64,000 nt of DNA from Spongospora subterranea f. sp. subterranea (lineage: Eukaryota). A model generated the notes under the pieces. That model did no database searches. It saw only the letters and a program-made list of their open reading frames with translations, and was not told the origin of the DNA. Every line of letters begins with the position of its first letter. The first letter of the stretch is position 1. The position numbers and the translations under genes were made by a program. Of this stretch, positions 14,504 to 27,420 are shown piece after piece. Location: positions 186,001 through 250,000 of the forward strand of contig JAUGWO010000136.1 in NCBI GenBank assembly GCA_049724395.1, in the 5' to 3' direction.

Positions 14504-15363
14504 TGTTCCTATTTACAATTAGACTCGGGATCTAGAGAGAGATGCCCAAGCTTCTGCGGCGACGTTTCATGTGTTCTACAGATCAGATCGCAACGACCAT
14601 CGTCTGTATTAGTGCAATATCGTGATTGCGGTATTTTACACGGAGGCCGCAGCACAGAGGAGTTGGACACAGTGTACGTTTGCAAAGTTGACTGTATGGC
14701 GGATTTCGTGGTCGATACAAGAATAATACCAGAAAAATCTTCGAACTTCGCGAAATTGTGTTTGACCGTATCAGTTTACTACATCAGAGCGTTGAAGAAA
14801 TATCAATCAAAGCCGTGAACTGCAATCTGCGATATACTTCGCGTCTCCCTCACTCGCTAATAAAAAGAACTTATTTTCATTGTCCATCTAATCGTTTTGA
14901 TGATTGACGGCTGGCTGGCGTTGAGCTGATTTACGGCCCCCAATCCGTAGGTGAAATTCACGTTCCACATAAAAATTGATTCAAGCCGTGACCTCTGACG
15001 ATGATCAAAGCTGTTTTCGAGCCCGAACGCCTACTATAGAAATAAATAAGGCATCATTTTCTTAAAAAAACTAAACTACTTTTTTCAACGGTTAAAGATA
15101 AAAAAAAATTCATGCTGCTACCACAAAAAGTATCATTATCTTCTACGATTATACGATTTTTCGCATGCTATAGCATTGCTGTGCGTTCATTGGTTTTAGA
15201 GTAAACAGTATTTGCTGGGCATAGCACATGGTAATGCTAATCAGAGTGTCGTCGGTTAAACTAAAAACCGGCATCTACAGTGATGACTCATTTTGAAGCC
15301 AGACAGCATTCCTCATTCCGTTCAGGTTCTTCAACAATCAATCAAATCGTGAACATCTACGTC

Positions 15364-15538
15364 ATGAAGCTGTTTGCCCTTCTTCTGGTCGCTCTTGGAA
15401 TGCTCACTGTTGCAGTTCATGGAGGGGACATCGAAGTAGATGTAGAAAACGGCAACGGTCACATTGACCACGAACATGAGAGATGTAAGAACCATCGCAT
15501 TGATTGTTCAAATTATGTATTTTACAGCTTGGTATTAG
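15364..15538 (+). CDS. Small secreted peptide (43 aa if the 15485-15527 intron is spliced; 64 aa to 15558 if unspliced)
   Basis: MKLFALLLVALGMLTVAVHG signal peptide followed by GDIEVDVENGNGHIDHEHER. A GTAAGA...TTTTACAG 43-nt intron gives a C-terminal SWY*. Confidence 0.6.
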
Positions 15539-15601
15539 ATGACGACAACGATTGGTAAACAAGGAAATAAACGGTTCTTTTTTCAAAGCAAGTTGACTTG
15601 T

Positions 15602-16160
15602 TCAAGGATCAAAAATAGATCTCACATGGTTCCGTAATTCTTGTACGTTTGACACCGCTCCAAACCTATTCGGCGGCCATATGACCCAGGAGACCTTAGC
15701 GCGAATTAAACCCTGGGGTTGAGCACCAGTTGTAATTCCTTCAAACCAAACGCAACCAGGAGGTATCATCAAATGGCTTCCTTGACTTTTTTCTACCCAT
15801 TCGCCCTCTCTCGCAACTAGACATCCGAACACCCTGTTTCAACAGCATTAACACCTTTAATGGATATTCACAATTATTACAGTTGATGATGATTCAAAGG
15901 ATTGCGGTACGCCAAAATTGAGCCTCGTTCCAGTTTCTTGAGAAACCTAATTGAGAATCTATCGAGAATAGCAATGTCTCCTGATATATATCAAAGTTAT
16001 TGTTTGTTTTCTCTAATCGAAACGACTAACCTTTCCGTAAGTATGGCGATAAGAAATCATCTTTCACAGTGGTTACCGACCCTATAAAATCTGGCATGAT
16101 GACAAACGAACCGAGTAATGCCCAGAAAGATCGTTCCGCGATGGTGGCAATTGACCTCAT
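15602..16160 (-). CDS. Mitochondrial inner-membrane peptidase (IMP1/IMP2, S26) homologue, apparently non-catalytic, 3 exons
   Basis: Spliced product has a TM segment, then TVKDDFLSPYL, GDIAILDRFS, LERGSILAYRNP, LVFGCLVAREGEWV, IPPGCVWFEG and GLIRAKVSWVIWPPNRFG. Confidence 0.75.
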
Positions 16161-16384
16161 GACAGTTGACTAATGATATAACAGGTCATGTCGCTGGCTC
16201 GCTGCGTGCAGGGCCTTTTCATGCGCACTGTGGCCACCACACATGTTACCTGGGAGAAACAATAGACGCGAGTGAAATAGCCCAATTTGCGATACCGCAT
16301 ACAGAATGTAGTTCGGACAACACGTACTTTCCACTCCGGTATTTATTTCTTCGTTCATATAGTAAATAGCGTCAACATCAAATA

Positions 16385-17030
16385 ATGCTGCAGCGGTTGT
16401 GTCCTATGTTTGCTAGGCGTGCTGGCAGAGTTTGCTACCGAAGCTTCTCCATTCAGAATCCATCTTCTAAGGGTTTAAGATTGCCTAAAGCGCGGTATAT
16501 ACCTCCTATTCAGATTCCTAAGCTGCTAACGGAATTTGAACCCGATTTATATCATGAATGGTCTGATATGGACATTTTCGCCACTTCTCCTAGGCCTTCT
16601 GTTGCATCAGTCATGCCGATAGGTTGGTAGTCCTTTTTTGTTCAACAGCTTTGCTGAGACGGTAGTGAGTAGATCTTATAGAAAACGATAGGAATTTTGA
16701 ATTGATAATCGATATACCGTCTGGCGTTTCTAAAGAATCTTTATCGGTGGAGATCTTTCTACAAAACAGAAAACTTTGCTTTAGTGCTGAACGTGGAGAA
16801 TCGAAACCAGGCGACAATGCTGAATACTGCAAAAGAGAAAGGGTATGGGGAAGACTTAGGCGAAATGTTGATATCCCAGATAATGTAGCCATTGACAAAA
16901 TGAAGGCCACATTTTCTCAAGGTAAGCTGTGTTATATCCGAACAGATCTATACTAAGAAAAATCTCAGGGGTTCTGCACCTGAGCATGCCCAAGCAAAGC
17001 ACAACCGCCACAGAAACCGTTCCTCTCTAA
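16385..17030 (+). CDS. Small heat-shock protein (HSP20/alpha-crystallin) with mitochondrial-type presequence
   Basis: Arg-rich N-terminus MLQRLCPMFARRAGRVCYRSFS. IDIPSGVSKE...ERVWGRLRRNVDIPDNVAIDKMKATFSQGVLHLSMPK. TAA at 17028-17030. Confidence 0.88.
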
Positions 17031-17103
17031 CTGTGATGTAGACGTGATGCGGCTGAGGAAACAATATGATTCGAAATATTATGGGGTCGGTCAAAAAACA
17101 TAT

Positions 17104-17786
17104 TTATGAAAACAGCCCATTGGTCCCACGTGACATGTAAGGATACATATATGGTAATTCATCTAGCGAATACAACGCCGGTTTTGGCAGAAGGCCCATT
17201 CGGTTGCACTGCCATAGTGCAACTCCAAATGCTGCTAGATTTGTCAAGATATAAAGTAGTTTCGCTTTTAACAGACTCACTTTGGCGCCATCGAATTTGG
17301 CAAAACTCCTAAATTTGTTTTAACAAAAGATACTTTTACGCTATTCAGAGTACCTTTGCAAATCCATGAGACCCTTCAGTGGCGACCAGAACGCCATTCC
17401 AAGCATGATAATCGAAAAAATTTGAACGCCGGCACCGAACATGTAAAACATGAACGCTGAAAGGTCAAACGATCATCAACGAGTGTTTCTTGTTGTGAAT
17501 TTTGTGTTACCTGTCATAGCAACATTCTTCATTGGAGCCTGAGCAATATTCATTGCGGACTGTAATATCAGCGACTCTTCTTGAGTGGGTGATGTGTCAT
17601 TGCGGCGGGCCGCATTCTGCAGTAAGAACCGTAAATAACGCGATTTGACTTACTCATTTTGGACGACATGTGTACCATGGACGCTAACTGGTTTGCTTGA
17701 ATAAACCCCGCCGGAGGTTGTACAGACCCAGGCAAAGGCGAAAGATCTAGAGGACGGCAACGCCTAATCTGTTTAGATGCATCCAT
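17104..17786 (-). CDS. EMC4: ER membrane protein complex subunit 4, multi-exon
   Basis: Spliced exons give AMNIAQAPMKNVAMTAFMFYMFGAGVQIFSIIMLGMAFWSPLKGL and LLYILTNLAAFGVALWQCNRMGLLP. Confidence 0.85.
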
Positions 17787-17923
17787 TGATGAGCGCCGAT
17801 AGCGCGGAATGTCCTGGATAGGTTGAAGTTGATGAGCATTCTGATTCACAGTTGGGCTAGCGGAACCTCTTTACCGTTAATAATTCCACAGTGTATATTA
17901 CAGCACTCTACAGTGAACGTATT

Positions 17924-19371
17924 TTAGGTCTGGAGTAAATCATCCCATTCCTCTGGCGTTGTGGCAGCGTCCTCCCGAACTCCAACTCATGATTGATATC
18001 TGGCGCTGCCGTCTGTTTTGGAGGTCGCTTATATATAGGCACTGATTCTTGATTTATCAGGGACAATGATGACATAGTCACCGTTCAACAGGAGATTTCT
18101 GGAGTTTTATTTCAAAGTGTTCGAAGAGAATTACAGTATTTCTTAACTCCTGGTCTTACATGCCGTCGTCAGAGTATTCGAAACAGAGACTATCATCTGA
18201 TTCAATTGCATCAGATGAAGTTAAAACAAATCTGCAGTTCACGTGCCAGTCGTAGTTAATCATTATCTAACCATTGGTGTATTCGTTCACATCGCACATC
18301 TGCAATTGAGAGACAACCGTAAATAAAGCAACAGGGATTATCTTGTCTCTTGTTGATGTGGTCCTTTCCCAAGTACCTAATTATCGTAACACCGTATCGA
18401 ATTTTGTTCATGTGTAGCTCACTTTCGAAGCGACTATAAAAGTATGATGTTATGGACACTGTCTATCAATCCTTCTGCACTTTTATATATGCTGGAAAGA
18501 ACGCTCTTGTGTGAAGGTAACTTATATCGCAGATTGTTTTTACAAGCGTAAAGCTTGTTTTCAATTCAGCGACATAGTTCTCGTATATTTGCGCAAAACC
18601 AGTAAAATCCCACTCATCAGGTATTGCCAGAAAATTCATTTGTTGGATTTTTTGGGGACGTAGTGTTTCAGTTTTAGACATTCTGTTCCATTCTTGGTCA
18701 TGGTCCAAAGAAGCGTTCATTCGATATATGACAAAAAAATCAGCTATACCATGGCAGGATTTATGGTCAAAAGAAGTCCTTTCCAGATAAGAGGGGTATA
18801 GTGTATGAAGATGAGTCAGTAATATTTAACCTGTTCAGACGGTTTCAACACGCGAACGCACTTGATCTTCCAAGCCTAGCGAATCTATATAAGCCTCATT
18901 GACTTTCTCAGTGAAAGCCACATGGGACTTTGCAGAGGAGACCTCTGGTCTTGAAGTTAAAGGCGACGTCCCGATAATCCTCACAGGATGCGCCGTCGCT
19001 TCGCAAATTTGTTCATCACTACATTGAGGATACAGATTTGGACTGGTGGCGTTGCGAGGCGAGGCAGCAGTTTTGACTCGCGAAATCAAATCAGCAGAAA
19101 TATTAACTTTCGGGCTGATCTGCACCTGACTTGTGGGAGTCTGTGAAGACGGCATTTCCCCGACCTGCAACGATTGTGCCGTCTTGGTCTTATGGGCGGT
19201 AGGAGACAACTTCAGGCGCCCTTTGAGATCATCGCTGAGAGTTACTCCTTCAGGAATCTTTAACGATGGCTTCATCACGGAGCTTCCATCTGGCGCGTTA
19301 ACAGGACGGGATAATTTGGGGAACGAGGACTGACCCATTCCGCTCGACGTCGAAGCTTGAGAATTGCCCAT
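17924..19371 (-). CDS. Hypothetical protein with N-myristoylation-like start (MGNSQAS), multi-exon
   Basis: ORFs 18835-19383, 18466-18720 and 18256-18459 lie in series. The terminal exon EDAATTPEEWDDLLQT* is inferred. Confidence 0.55.
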
Positions 19372-20383
19372 GGTTAACACCAAAGAATTATAGTGAGGGA
19401 TGACGCGATCGTGACAGAGACGTATATAATAAAATCAATTGATTATGGATATGGCGGCCGATTCGTACTGCGATAATTTGACTCGGGAGATTGATGGAAG
19501 CCCTAACCGTTACTACTGTGAGAAGATCCCAATCTGCTGACCGGCTTAGTGCAAGATCAGTCCTCAGGGTTCCAGTCCAAGGTTTAACAGTACAGGTTAG
19601 CGTGGCCTCGGGGCCGGGGGAACAAGACGGCGTGACCATGCCCTATTGCCAACCATTACGTTGACGCTGTTTGGGATTGCCAACGGATCTGCACGAGACG
19701 TCCAGAGTCTTATAAAAATGACTAGATTGCGTTAACACTTTTCGAGCTATACGGGAATGCTGTAAATGCCATTCCCATCACATCATTCGCGAACCGTTTA
19801 GGGCAATTTAATTCATAATTCCAGGGTGAACTGTCGTTCACGACAATTAGAGTTTTTCTGTCGCTGGCCGTCGCATTTTGTTGAATGTTGAGAAAAAGAG
19901 CGCAATAATTCAATCAAGAATAAAATGTCTCCAAATGGCATAACCAAACTTATCGACGAATTTATTGGCGAAATCAGTACCTACAGTAGATAAGTTGATT
20001 GTGATACAGCCAAAGCATCTTTTACAGAACACGAGCGAGCAAAAGGGAAACCTCGACTACTATGAAATTTAACTGGTGTCGATAATGCCAAATAAATCCG
20101 TTCAGTAAACTTTTCTGACGAAAGGCATTCTTCCTATTAAATCGTAAAACTATCTCGGCACAAGGCAAGTACTTAAGCGCTAAGCACTCTCATGACTAAC
20201 ATCACCATTGCAAATCTGTCTCTTGGCATATCGACGGCTTTTGGTGATAAATCAAAACTGTTGAACTGTGCCAAAATTGGAATGCAGGAATCCGAATAAA
20301 TACGTAATTTATGAATCTTGGAAGCTGACTAAATAATAGACTTCATTCTGAGACTAAAGGAAGGTGAAAAATCGCTTCCAGTC

Positions 20384-23300
20384 TTACTCCAGATCATCAA
20401 GAGCAGCCTGTAAAGCTCGGACTTCAGGCGTATCCTTGAAAACCGACGATGGAGGCACGACTTCATCGTACCGCTTCGCCCAACTGATATAATGTAATCG
20501 ATATGATCCGTCAGCACAGACATCTAATATTTTACAATCGTACAATTTCGGGCCCTTTTGATAGGCCAAAACGATATCGTTAACCTGGAACCTTTCCGCA
20601 GTCCGGCTTTGATTCCGGTGCTTCCGAATAAATTCTAGTGCTCGACCTTTTTGCTGCCGATTTAACCGACATTGCGAGATGCATTGAATGAAGCGTTCAC
20701 AGCGGTCTTCAGATTGATTTTTGCCAACGCGTGGCAACAACGTCTTGGACTTTGACATCGGCTGCGAATTCGGCGACAGATGTGCTGAACCTAGAGAACG
20801 GCGGCGTTTTCGAAATATCGGAGAAAGGCCAGACTGTTGCGATGAGTCTGGATGGAGCGTCCTCTTCATTGGTAATACAGTTTCTGGAGATGAAATCAAT
20901 CCCGTTTCTCCACGAGACCTGGTTGCCCTCCATTCGGAAAAACCCCCATTTGTCGTCGCAGAAGCTTTACCTTTGACAGAAGGCGCGAGAGAATCGCGTC
21001 TTCTCTGAGACAGAACTGGACTGGTGTCGGAAACATCTGAAGCAGGACGTTTCTGCACGTCCAGTGTATGCCGTCGGGATCTAGAATCAACAGGAACTGA
21101 TTGCGCTTTTTGAAATCGACTTTTTCGGGGGATGGAAAATGATAATTCCAGGCGTGATGATGATTTCCGGGATACGTTGGGGGGCCTAAGGGTCAACGCG
21201 TCCCTGGGCATAATAATGTCAGACCTTGGTATTCGCACGTTAGTGACCTTAGAACGCGGCCTTCCTCTGGTAGAGACAGATTTCTGGTCCAGCGAATCCG
21301 AGAATTTGGCATTGGCGTTCTTCTCTGCTTCGACAGCCAGGGAATTGACGTACCGCTCCTCGATTTCAACGGCTCCAAGAGCAACTCTCTGGCATTCCTC
21401 AGCCTGCAACTCTGATTGCTTTCTTTGAGCCGCTTCTAATTCCATCTTCTCCAGTTCAGCTGCTTCTAACTCAGCCTGTTTCCGCTTCAGGGCTTCCTCG
21501 GACAATTGTAATTCGGTCGCAATGGCGTCGAACTGAATGGTGTATATGTTGCGCTTAACTTTTTCACGACGGCGAACCAAATCAAGAACAGTTCTCAATT
21601 CGTCCATGTCATTTCGAACAAGGGAAAGCTTTTCAAAAAACGCAATTTCTGAACCGGATGGATTGGAATCGTCTTTGGATGCAGAAGGCAATGGGGTATG
21701 TACTTTACAAAGTGCAAAAATTCCATCAGCCTCCTCCCGAAGAGAGCAACCAGAAAACAGGGCACAAAGAGGATGAAAAAGTTCAGGGCAGCCCATCCTC
21801 GAACACTGAATGCAAACACCAGCAGAGCACGAACATAACCCACACATTTGATGATTCGCAATTGGGGAAATTACGTCTACACCTTCGAGTAGGGAGCGCC
21901 TTGTACTTGGATCAAGACTCCATTGGATACAGGCAACATGACACCACCTGTCCAAGGAAACACGCTGGTATGCCCCACCAAACCGAGGACACAACTGACA
22001 CTTTAAAGGTTTCGATTGTTGCAGATTCGCCGCACATTTCGAGCAATACCAAGGCGTTTGATGAGAAATTGAGGAAAAGCGAAAGCAGGATAAATGAACA
22101 GCTATTCCACAATATACGCACGTTGTAAGAGCATCAGCTGCACCGGATAAACCAAAACAAATGCCGCAAACATCAGCTAAATAGACATCTTCGCCGTTGA
22201 GATTTCGAGGGGTTGTTAGAGCAACTTGAGGAGGTAATGGCAAACTGGAAGGTACAGGTTCAGAATATGGGCTTCTGCCAGGACGCTGAGGCTTCTGCGG
22301 CGCAGACTCGATTACAGAAGAGTCCGAAGGCAAGGGCTTCTGAGTCCGAGATTTGAGTCGGATTTCACGCTGTGTTAATCGATTTCGTTCTGGACCTCCT
22401 GCTGTAATAGGAGTGTGATTTTCACAAAATGAACTGACAACAGCGTGTCCTTCAATTGATTGAACAGTCATGAAGAGTCCAAATTCCCAAGCGCAAGTTA
22501 CATGCATATACTGATCACAGGACGCGAATGAGCACGTAATTGTAATCCCATAAGGATCCGAACAGATAAAGCAAACATGACCAGACGGTTTAGACGCAAG
22601 CGCCTCAGCCACATTGGCGATTGGAGACACACCGATCATTGCATCAATACCGATACCATCTGTCCAAGCGGCGCAAACAAGATGAACGGGCATGTCGCAA
22701 CAATTGCTTCTCTTGAACGCAAAACCGGTTAACGGGCACAATAAGCATTCGTGCTGAATGTCAACAACATCAATTCGATTGGAGCATGTGTCGCAATGCC
22801 AATCACCATCCGGGACCTCAACAATACCATAGCAGTACTTGTGGACGGCGAGACCGCACAGCTCACAAATCACAATCGGATTGACTTCGGTCCCTTCCAT
22901 TCCAAAACAGGCACGACAAGTAGTGTTGAAGTGATCATGCGAAAACTCATCTAGAGGTGAGTTCACGTCGCAGAACCCCTTGGCCAAAGAAAGTCGAACG
23001 ATTTGTGAATGACTGATTTGAAGATATGATTGAAGTAATTCGTTATCATGCTGGTTTCTGACAATAGCAGTCGAACTCATTTCTTGAACGGTAATGGCGT
23101 TAAAAATCGAGCGTCGAAAGACATTATTATCTTGAATCTGATGGACGAGTTCCATTTGAAGAGAGGCGAGTTCTTCAGATGCAAAACTGTTATTTTCCGA
23201 ATCGAGAAAGCCTGTCATGGAATTCAGGCTTGCGGTTAGCCGCGGAATCGCATCCGAAGCACCAGAAGAAACATCTTCCCACGATCGGACACGACGATCG

Positions 23301-25351
23301 TTTAAAAACAACCTAAATTCACATAGGCATTGTCCAGAACTTGACGACACCAAACACAAAACACTATTAGCTGAGGCAATTGTTTGTTGAGCTTCAATGC
23401 CAATGCGACCACAAATGCTTGAAAGTTCAAAAGCGATTGGCATCGCAAATGGAAATGAATTCCGACGGGAGAAGGAATGTTGGGACGGAGGGATTATAAA
23501 AGACGGGTCGTCAGCAATAGCCTCTGATTGCAACAACGCAATTTGGTCGCTTTGTATCGGAAAGAAATAAGGACCCACGGTGTCTTCCCAAAACACAAGA
23601 ACATCCGGTCGTTCATTATCAGTTGTCGGATTTGAAACAGTGACTTGGTCTGCAACATCGATAGGTGATTTTGATCTATCAGGAAGCAAAGCACCTTTTT
23701 TCTTGGATAAAATGACGAAATCGTCGGACTCATTGTCGCTTTCAAGTTCGGGCTTTTCAACAGCGGTGGGACCGTCAATCTGTGAAATGCCAGTTTAACA
23801 TCGCTTCATCAAAGACGAGTACTATTGATTTGTTTACCTCCTTGATTGGCGAATGCAGGTCAGAATCGAAATTATATTCAGCACCGTCATGTGTCTCACA
23901 AAAAACCAGAAAAGCAAAATCAAATTGCGACTCACGCAACTTGAATCGAGGGAGGAAAGAAAGATGCTCTCTGAACTCAACTGTCAGAAAAGACAAATTC
24001 AACCGTGGCATGTCAACGTGCCTTTGATGTTTGAAAGAAAAAATTTGTGTGCGACGGTTTGCTTTCCTAGCGCAATAAACATGCAAAAACTTGTCACAGC
24101 TGCTACAGGCGCATGGCGCACAGAAGCCCACTGAACTTTTGCAGATTTCACAACTTCTTCCGGGCTCGTTTATGGGCAGTTCTGATACTCTCTGAACAGA
24201 CTCCAATTTCCTTGGTTGATCAAAGTATGCCTGATATAAAGATTAGTATATGTCTAGTTTGTAAAAAAAAACAAAAAAAAACCTGTCCGCTGAAGAATAT
24301 GCAGATAATATGCACCCATTCGGTTTCACCCAGGCGCTTTGCAGCACCTCCAGAGGTTGAACATAATACACACTTGGCGGTGACATTAGCCTGGCAGCCT
24401 TAAAATCAGCCGAGTTAATAATTTCTCCATGTCGAGCTGACAGAAAGAGCAACGCACATTGACAAAACCAAGCGTCTTTGGGTACGGACATGATTCCATA
24501 GCAGTGCTGATGTACGGCAAGGTTGCATCCATCGCAAATAACAATAACGTTGTTATCAGCAGATTCGCCGCTCATGCACACATCACATATACAATCATCA
24601 ATTTTGTCATCAACTTCGTGCTATAAGTAACGGTAGTTAATATTTGAATGAGAATTCTATTGGAAAATGATAACCTGATCAGAATGTATGAGAGTTTTTT
24701 CCTCTAGCGCCTTGTGTTTAAGGCACAGAGCAGTTGTTACTACAGTTTTGCCTTTTTGTAAAAGTTCAAAGCGCACGCCATTTCGTACTCCACAGATTAC
24801 GTGAAACGAGATAGCGCACCTGCCAGAAGTGCATTGAACGCAACCACTGGTTTGTTTGCAAAATGTACACTTAAGCTTCATCCGGCTAGGGTGAACTTTA
24901 TCGATGCCAACGATAGGTTGCATGACATTTCCTGAGCTAACCATTAGAATGGGGTGTAGTTGCTTCAGTTGAAGCATCTACCTCCTGCTATCCAAGTTTC
25001 AGGGATCCAGAGCGCACAGCATAAATGCGACCAACTGTCAATATTAGTGGGCTTCAAGGCGCCTATCGACAATATTTTAGCAATGAAAGGAGCAGAGGCA
25101 TTTGCATGGTAAAAACCTCCAGGAATTTTACACAAGCAGCAGATAGCAGAAGAACGAAGGGAATCGGACAGAGAAGAACATGGGGAGCATATCCAGTGAT
25201 CCTTATAATCTACGGCACCATAGCATGCAGGATGAACACGCACAGAACACAGCGAGCAGGACAATAGTTCAAAGTCGCCTTTTTGAAGGCAGCATCCACA
25301 TAGATCCAATTCTGAGGGTGACGCCTCTATGCAATTGGCTCCTGTTGCCAT
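20384..25351 (-). CDS. BRPF/JADE/Nto1-like chromatin reader with four PZP (PHD-Zn knuckle-ePHD) modules, an EPc-like helix and a C-terminal chromo-barrel/Tudor-knot
   Basis: Four CxxC...VHxxC(Y/F)...W.CxxC plus ePHD modules, then VRNDMDELRTVLDLVRRREKVKR and FQVNDIVLAYQKGPKLYDCKIL...LHYISWAKRYDEVVP. Confidence 0.9.
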
Positions 25352-25995
25352 CCTAAAATAAACTGAATGAAAATCTTGAAACAATATGATGAAAAAAAAA
25401 GTAAAAAAATGCATTTAGAAATCAAAAAATGACTACGGATCCCTTACTTATTTCCATAGGCATAATGGTTGTTGGATTTTCTAAAATCCGGGAGTGCGAG
25501 TCTGGTGAATCCCGACCCAATCGCAGAAGTGATGGTGAGTGGCTTTCAGCCGCAATCGACAAAGCTGGGCCAGAAAAAAACACGCGGCGTGGCGACCGAA
25601 CGATAGGCGATTATCCAGATTACTCAACACGATCGGCGAGCGCTAACGGCCATTGTACTCTCAACTGTATATGCGGATTGACGATGAGCGTGGTGCTGGG
25701 GTCCACCCACGGTCCACCAATGCAGTGTTCCTCAACATAGCGGTCGGACGTCCCCAGGCTGCGCCCTTGTCACAGACATTGGAGCAGCCCTGAATCGACA
25801 AAACTTGGCCGAATTGATCATTCGCCCTTCCTGTAGTGGCCCGTAAGACTTGGGGTGAATCGCTGTCGAGAATGTAGCTTCTGCAACCCAACTGCATTCC
25901 AGCAGGCTAATCGTGCATCTTTTTCATGTTCAAATTTATAGTTTCCAAACCGTCAAGGAGGTTGTCAACGATAAAGTTAATTATGAATTCATTGA

Positions 25996-26849
25996 TTAGT
26001 TCGCGAAAGAAGCGATAGAAATATATGGGGCACCATGACAAAACGCGTATAGAAGACGTCCTGAGTTTCTCGCTAAGCATTGTTTGGTGGTTTTCATCTG
26101 GGAACCCATATCACCAGCAAGATGCCGTTTCGGGCCTTTGGAAGGCTTGAATGTTAACTGTCTTTCAATACTCATACCCGCTTTTGGTAAATCAATGTCT
26201 TCCATTTGCTCAAATTCGAATAGTTCCGGTGTTTTTGAGGCAATTTCCAACGAAATTCCCGCTTATCTCAGAAGCTCAATGGAGTCTTCTACAGCTACCT
26301 TACCGCCTTCTTTCTGAAACATTGGCTCTCCACCATGAGAAGACAGCTCGAGAGCAAAAAGTAGCGAAGGTTGAATTCACCGATGATCAGTTATCAACGC
26401 TTGGTTGCTGAAATAAAGAGGCGGCTCGGAATTCCCTGCAAACCTTGTGAGAAATTATTAGCATGATTGCATATCGATATCCGGTACCTTGCTGACTTGC
26501 TCCCTTTCGAGACGTTCAATTAGATTACCATTACAGTTCGTCACCATCAGTTTGCTGGGAATACCCATTGCAGCAATGATAGAATCGTCGCCTTCGTTTC
26601 TTGAGAAATTCGGCGAAAGCTCAGCTCTTCAGGGCACGTGGGATCGTGTCCCGAATTGGGTCGAAGTATAAAGAACATCAAAGGAGCCTATCTTTGCAGT
26701 AAACGTTGAGAAACAAATTATTCTCAAGACATATTGTTAATCACCAATGGGCTGGAACTTGGCAAAAACTCTAGCGATGCAAGAAGCCCCATCTTACATG
26801 AACACTCTGAAAGCAGTTGAACGTTTACAACTTGCGTCAGGCGCTTCAT
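25996..26849 (-). pseudogene. Decayed multi-exon gene or TE-derived ORF of unknown family
   Basis: Protein-like segments (ELSPNFSRNEGDDSIIAAMGIPSK..., EIASKTPELFEFEQMEDIDLPKAG...) with apparent GT-AG introns, interrupted by in-frame stops. Confidence 0.3.
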
Positions 26850-27109
26850 GGATTTTCAAATGGCGATTACGCGCTTTTGAATTCTAAAACGCATATCCAT
26901 TAATATGCAGACAGTAAGGAACACTCTTATTCTTTCCCGTTCATATAGTGACGTCCTTCAGAGGAGAAGGACGTCGAGCTCAGTTGAGCGATAACCTCCG
27001 GCCTGTCTTTTCACAGTTGCCCCGTTGATTTCTGCAGGTTTCTCAGTCCTGTGTTGGAATCGCTCAACCCAACTGGCCCTTAGTTGGACACAATAAACCA
27101 CAATTAAAA

Positions 27110-27420
27110 CGGTATGCGCGGGTGGTCAACGTTCACTTCTAGTGCTGATATTTCATTTCAGGCTTCAAAGTCGGCTTTTGTAATAGCGCCAATTTTACAC
27201 CATGTTGATCCCGTATTGGACATCATTGTCAAAGCTGACGCGTCCGATAACGCAATGGGTGCAATTTTGTCCCAAAAACACGCAGAAGGACTATAGTCTG
27301 TCGCGTTTTGCTCTCGTAGTTTTTTTACTCCAGCCGAATTACATTATGAGATTTACGATAACATTCCATTCTGACATCATTTCCAGACTTGGTCTGGCGT
27401 CCCGGTCAAATTCATGGCAC
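27110..27420 (+). mobile_element. Ty3/Gypsy LTR-retrotransposon pol remnant (RT connection/RNase H)
   Basis: FQASKSAFVIAPILHHVDPVLDIIVKADASDNAMGAILSQ...*SVAFCSR / TPAELHYEIYD, with a stop and a frameshift. Confidence 0.88.

Noticed and set aside
26620..26640. In-frame TGA as selenocysteine or an alternative genetic code
   Set aside because: The same region has other stops, including TAA, and TGA is a normal stop in conserved genes here (ThrRS, the transporter).
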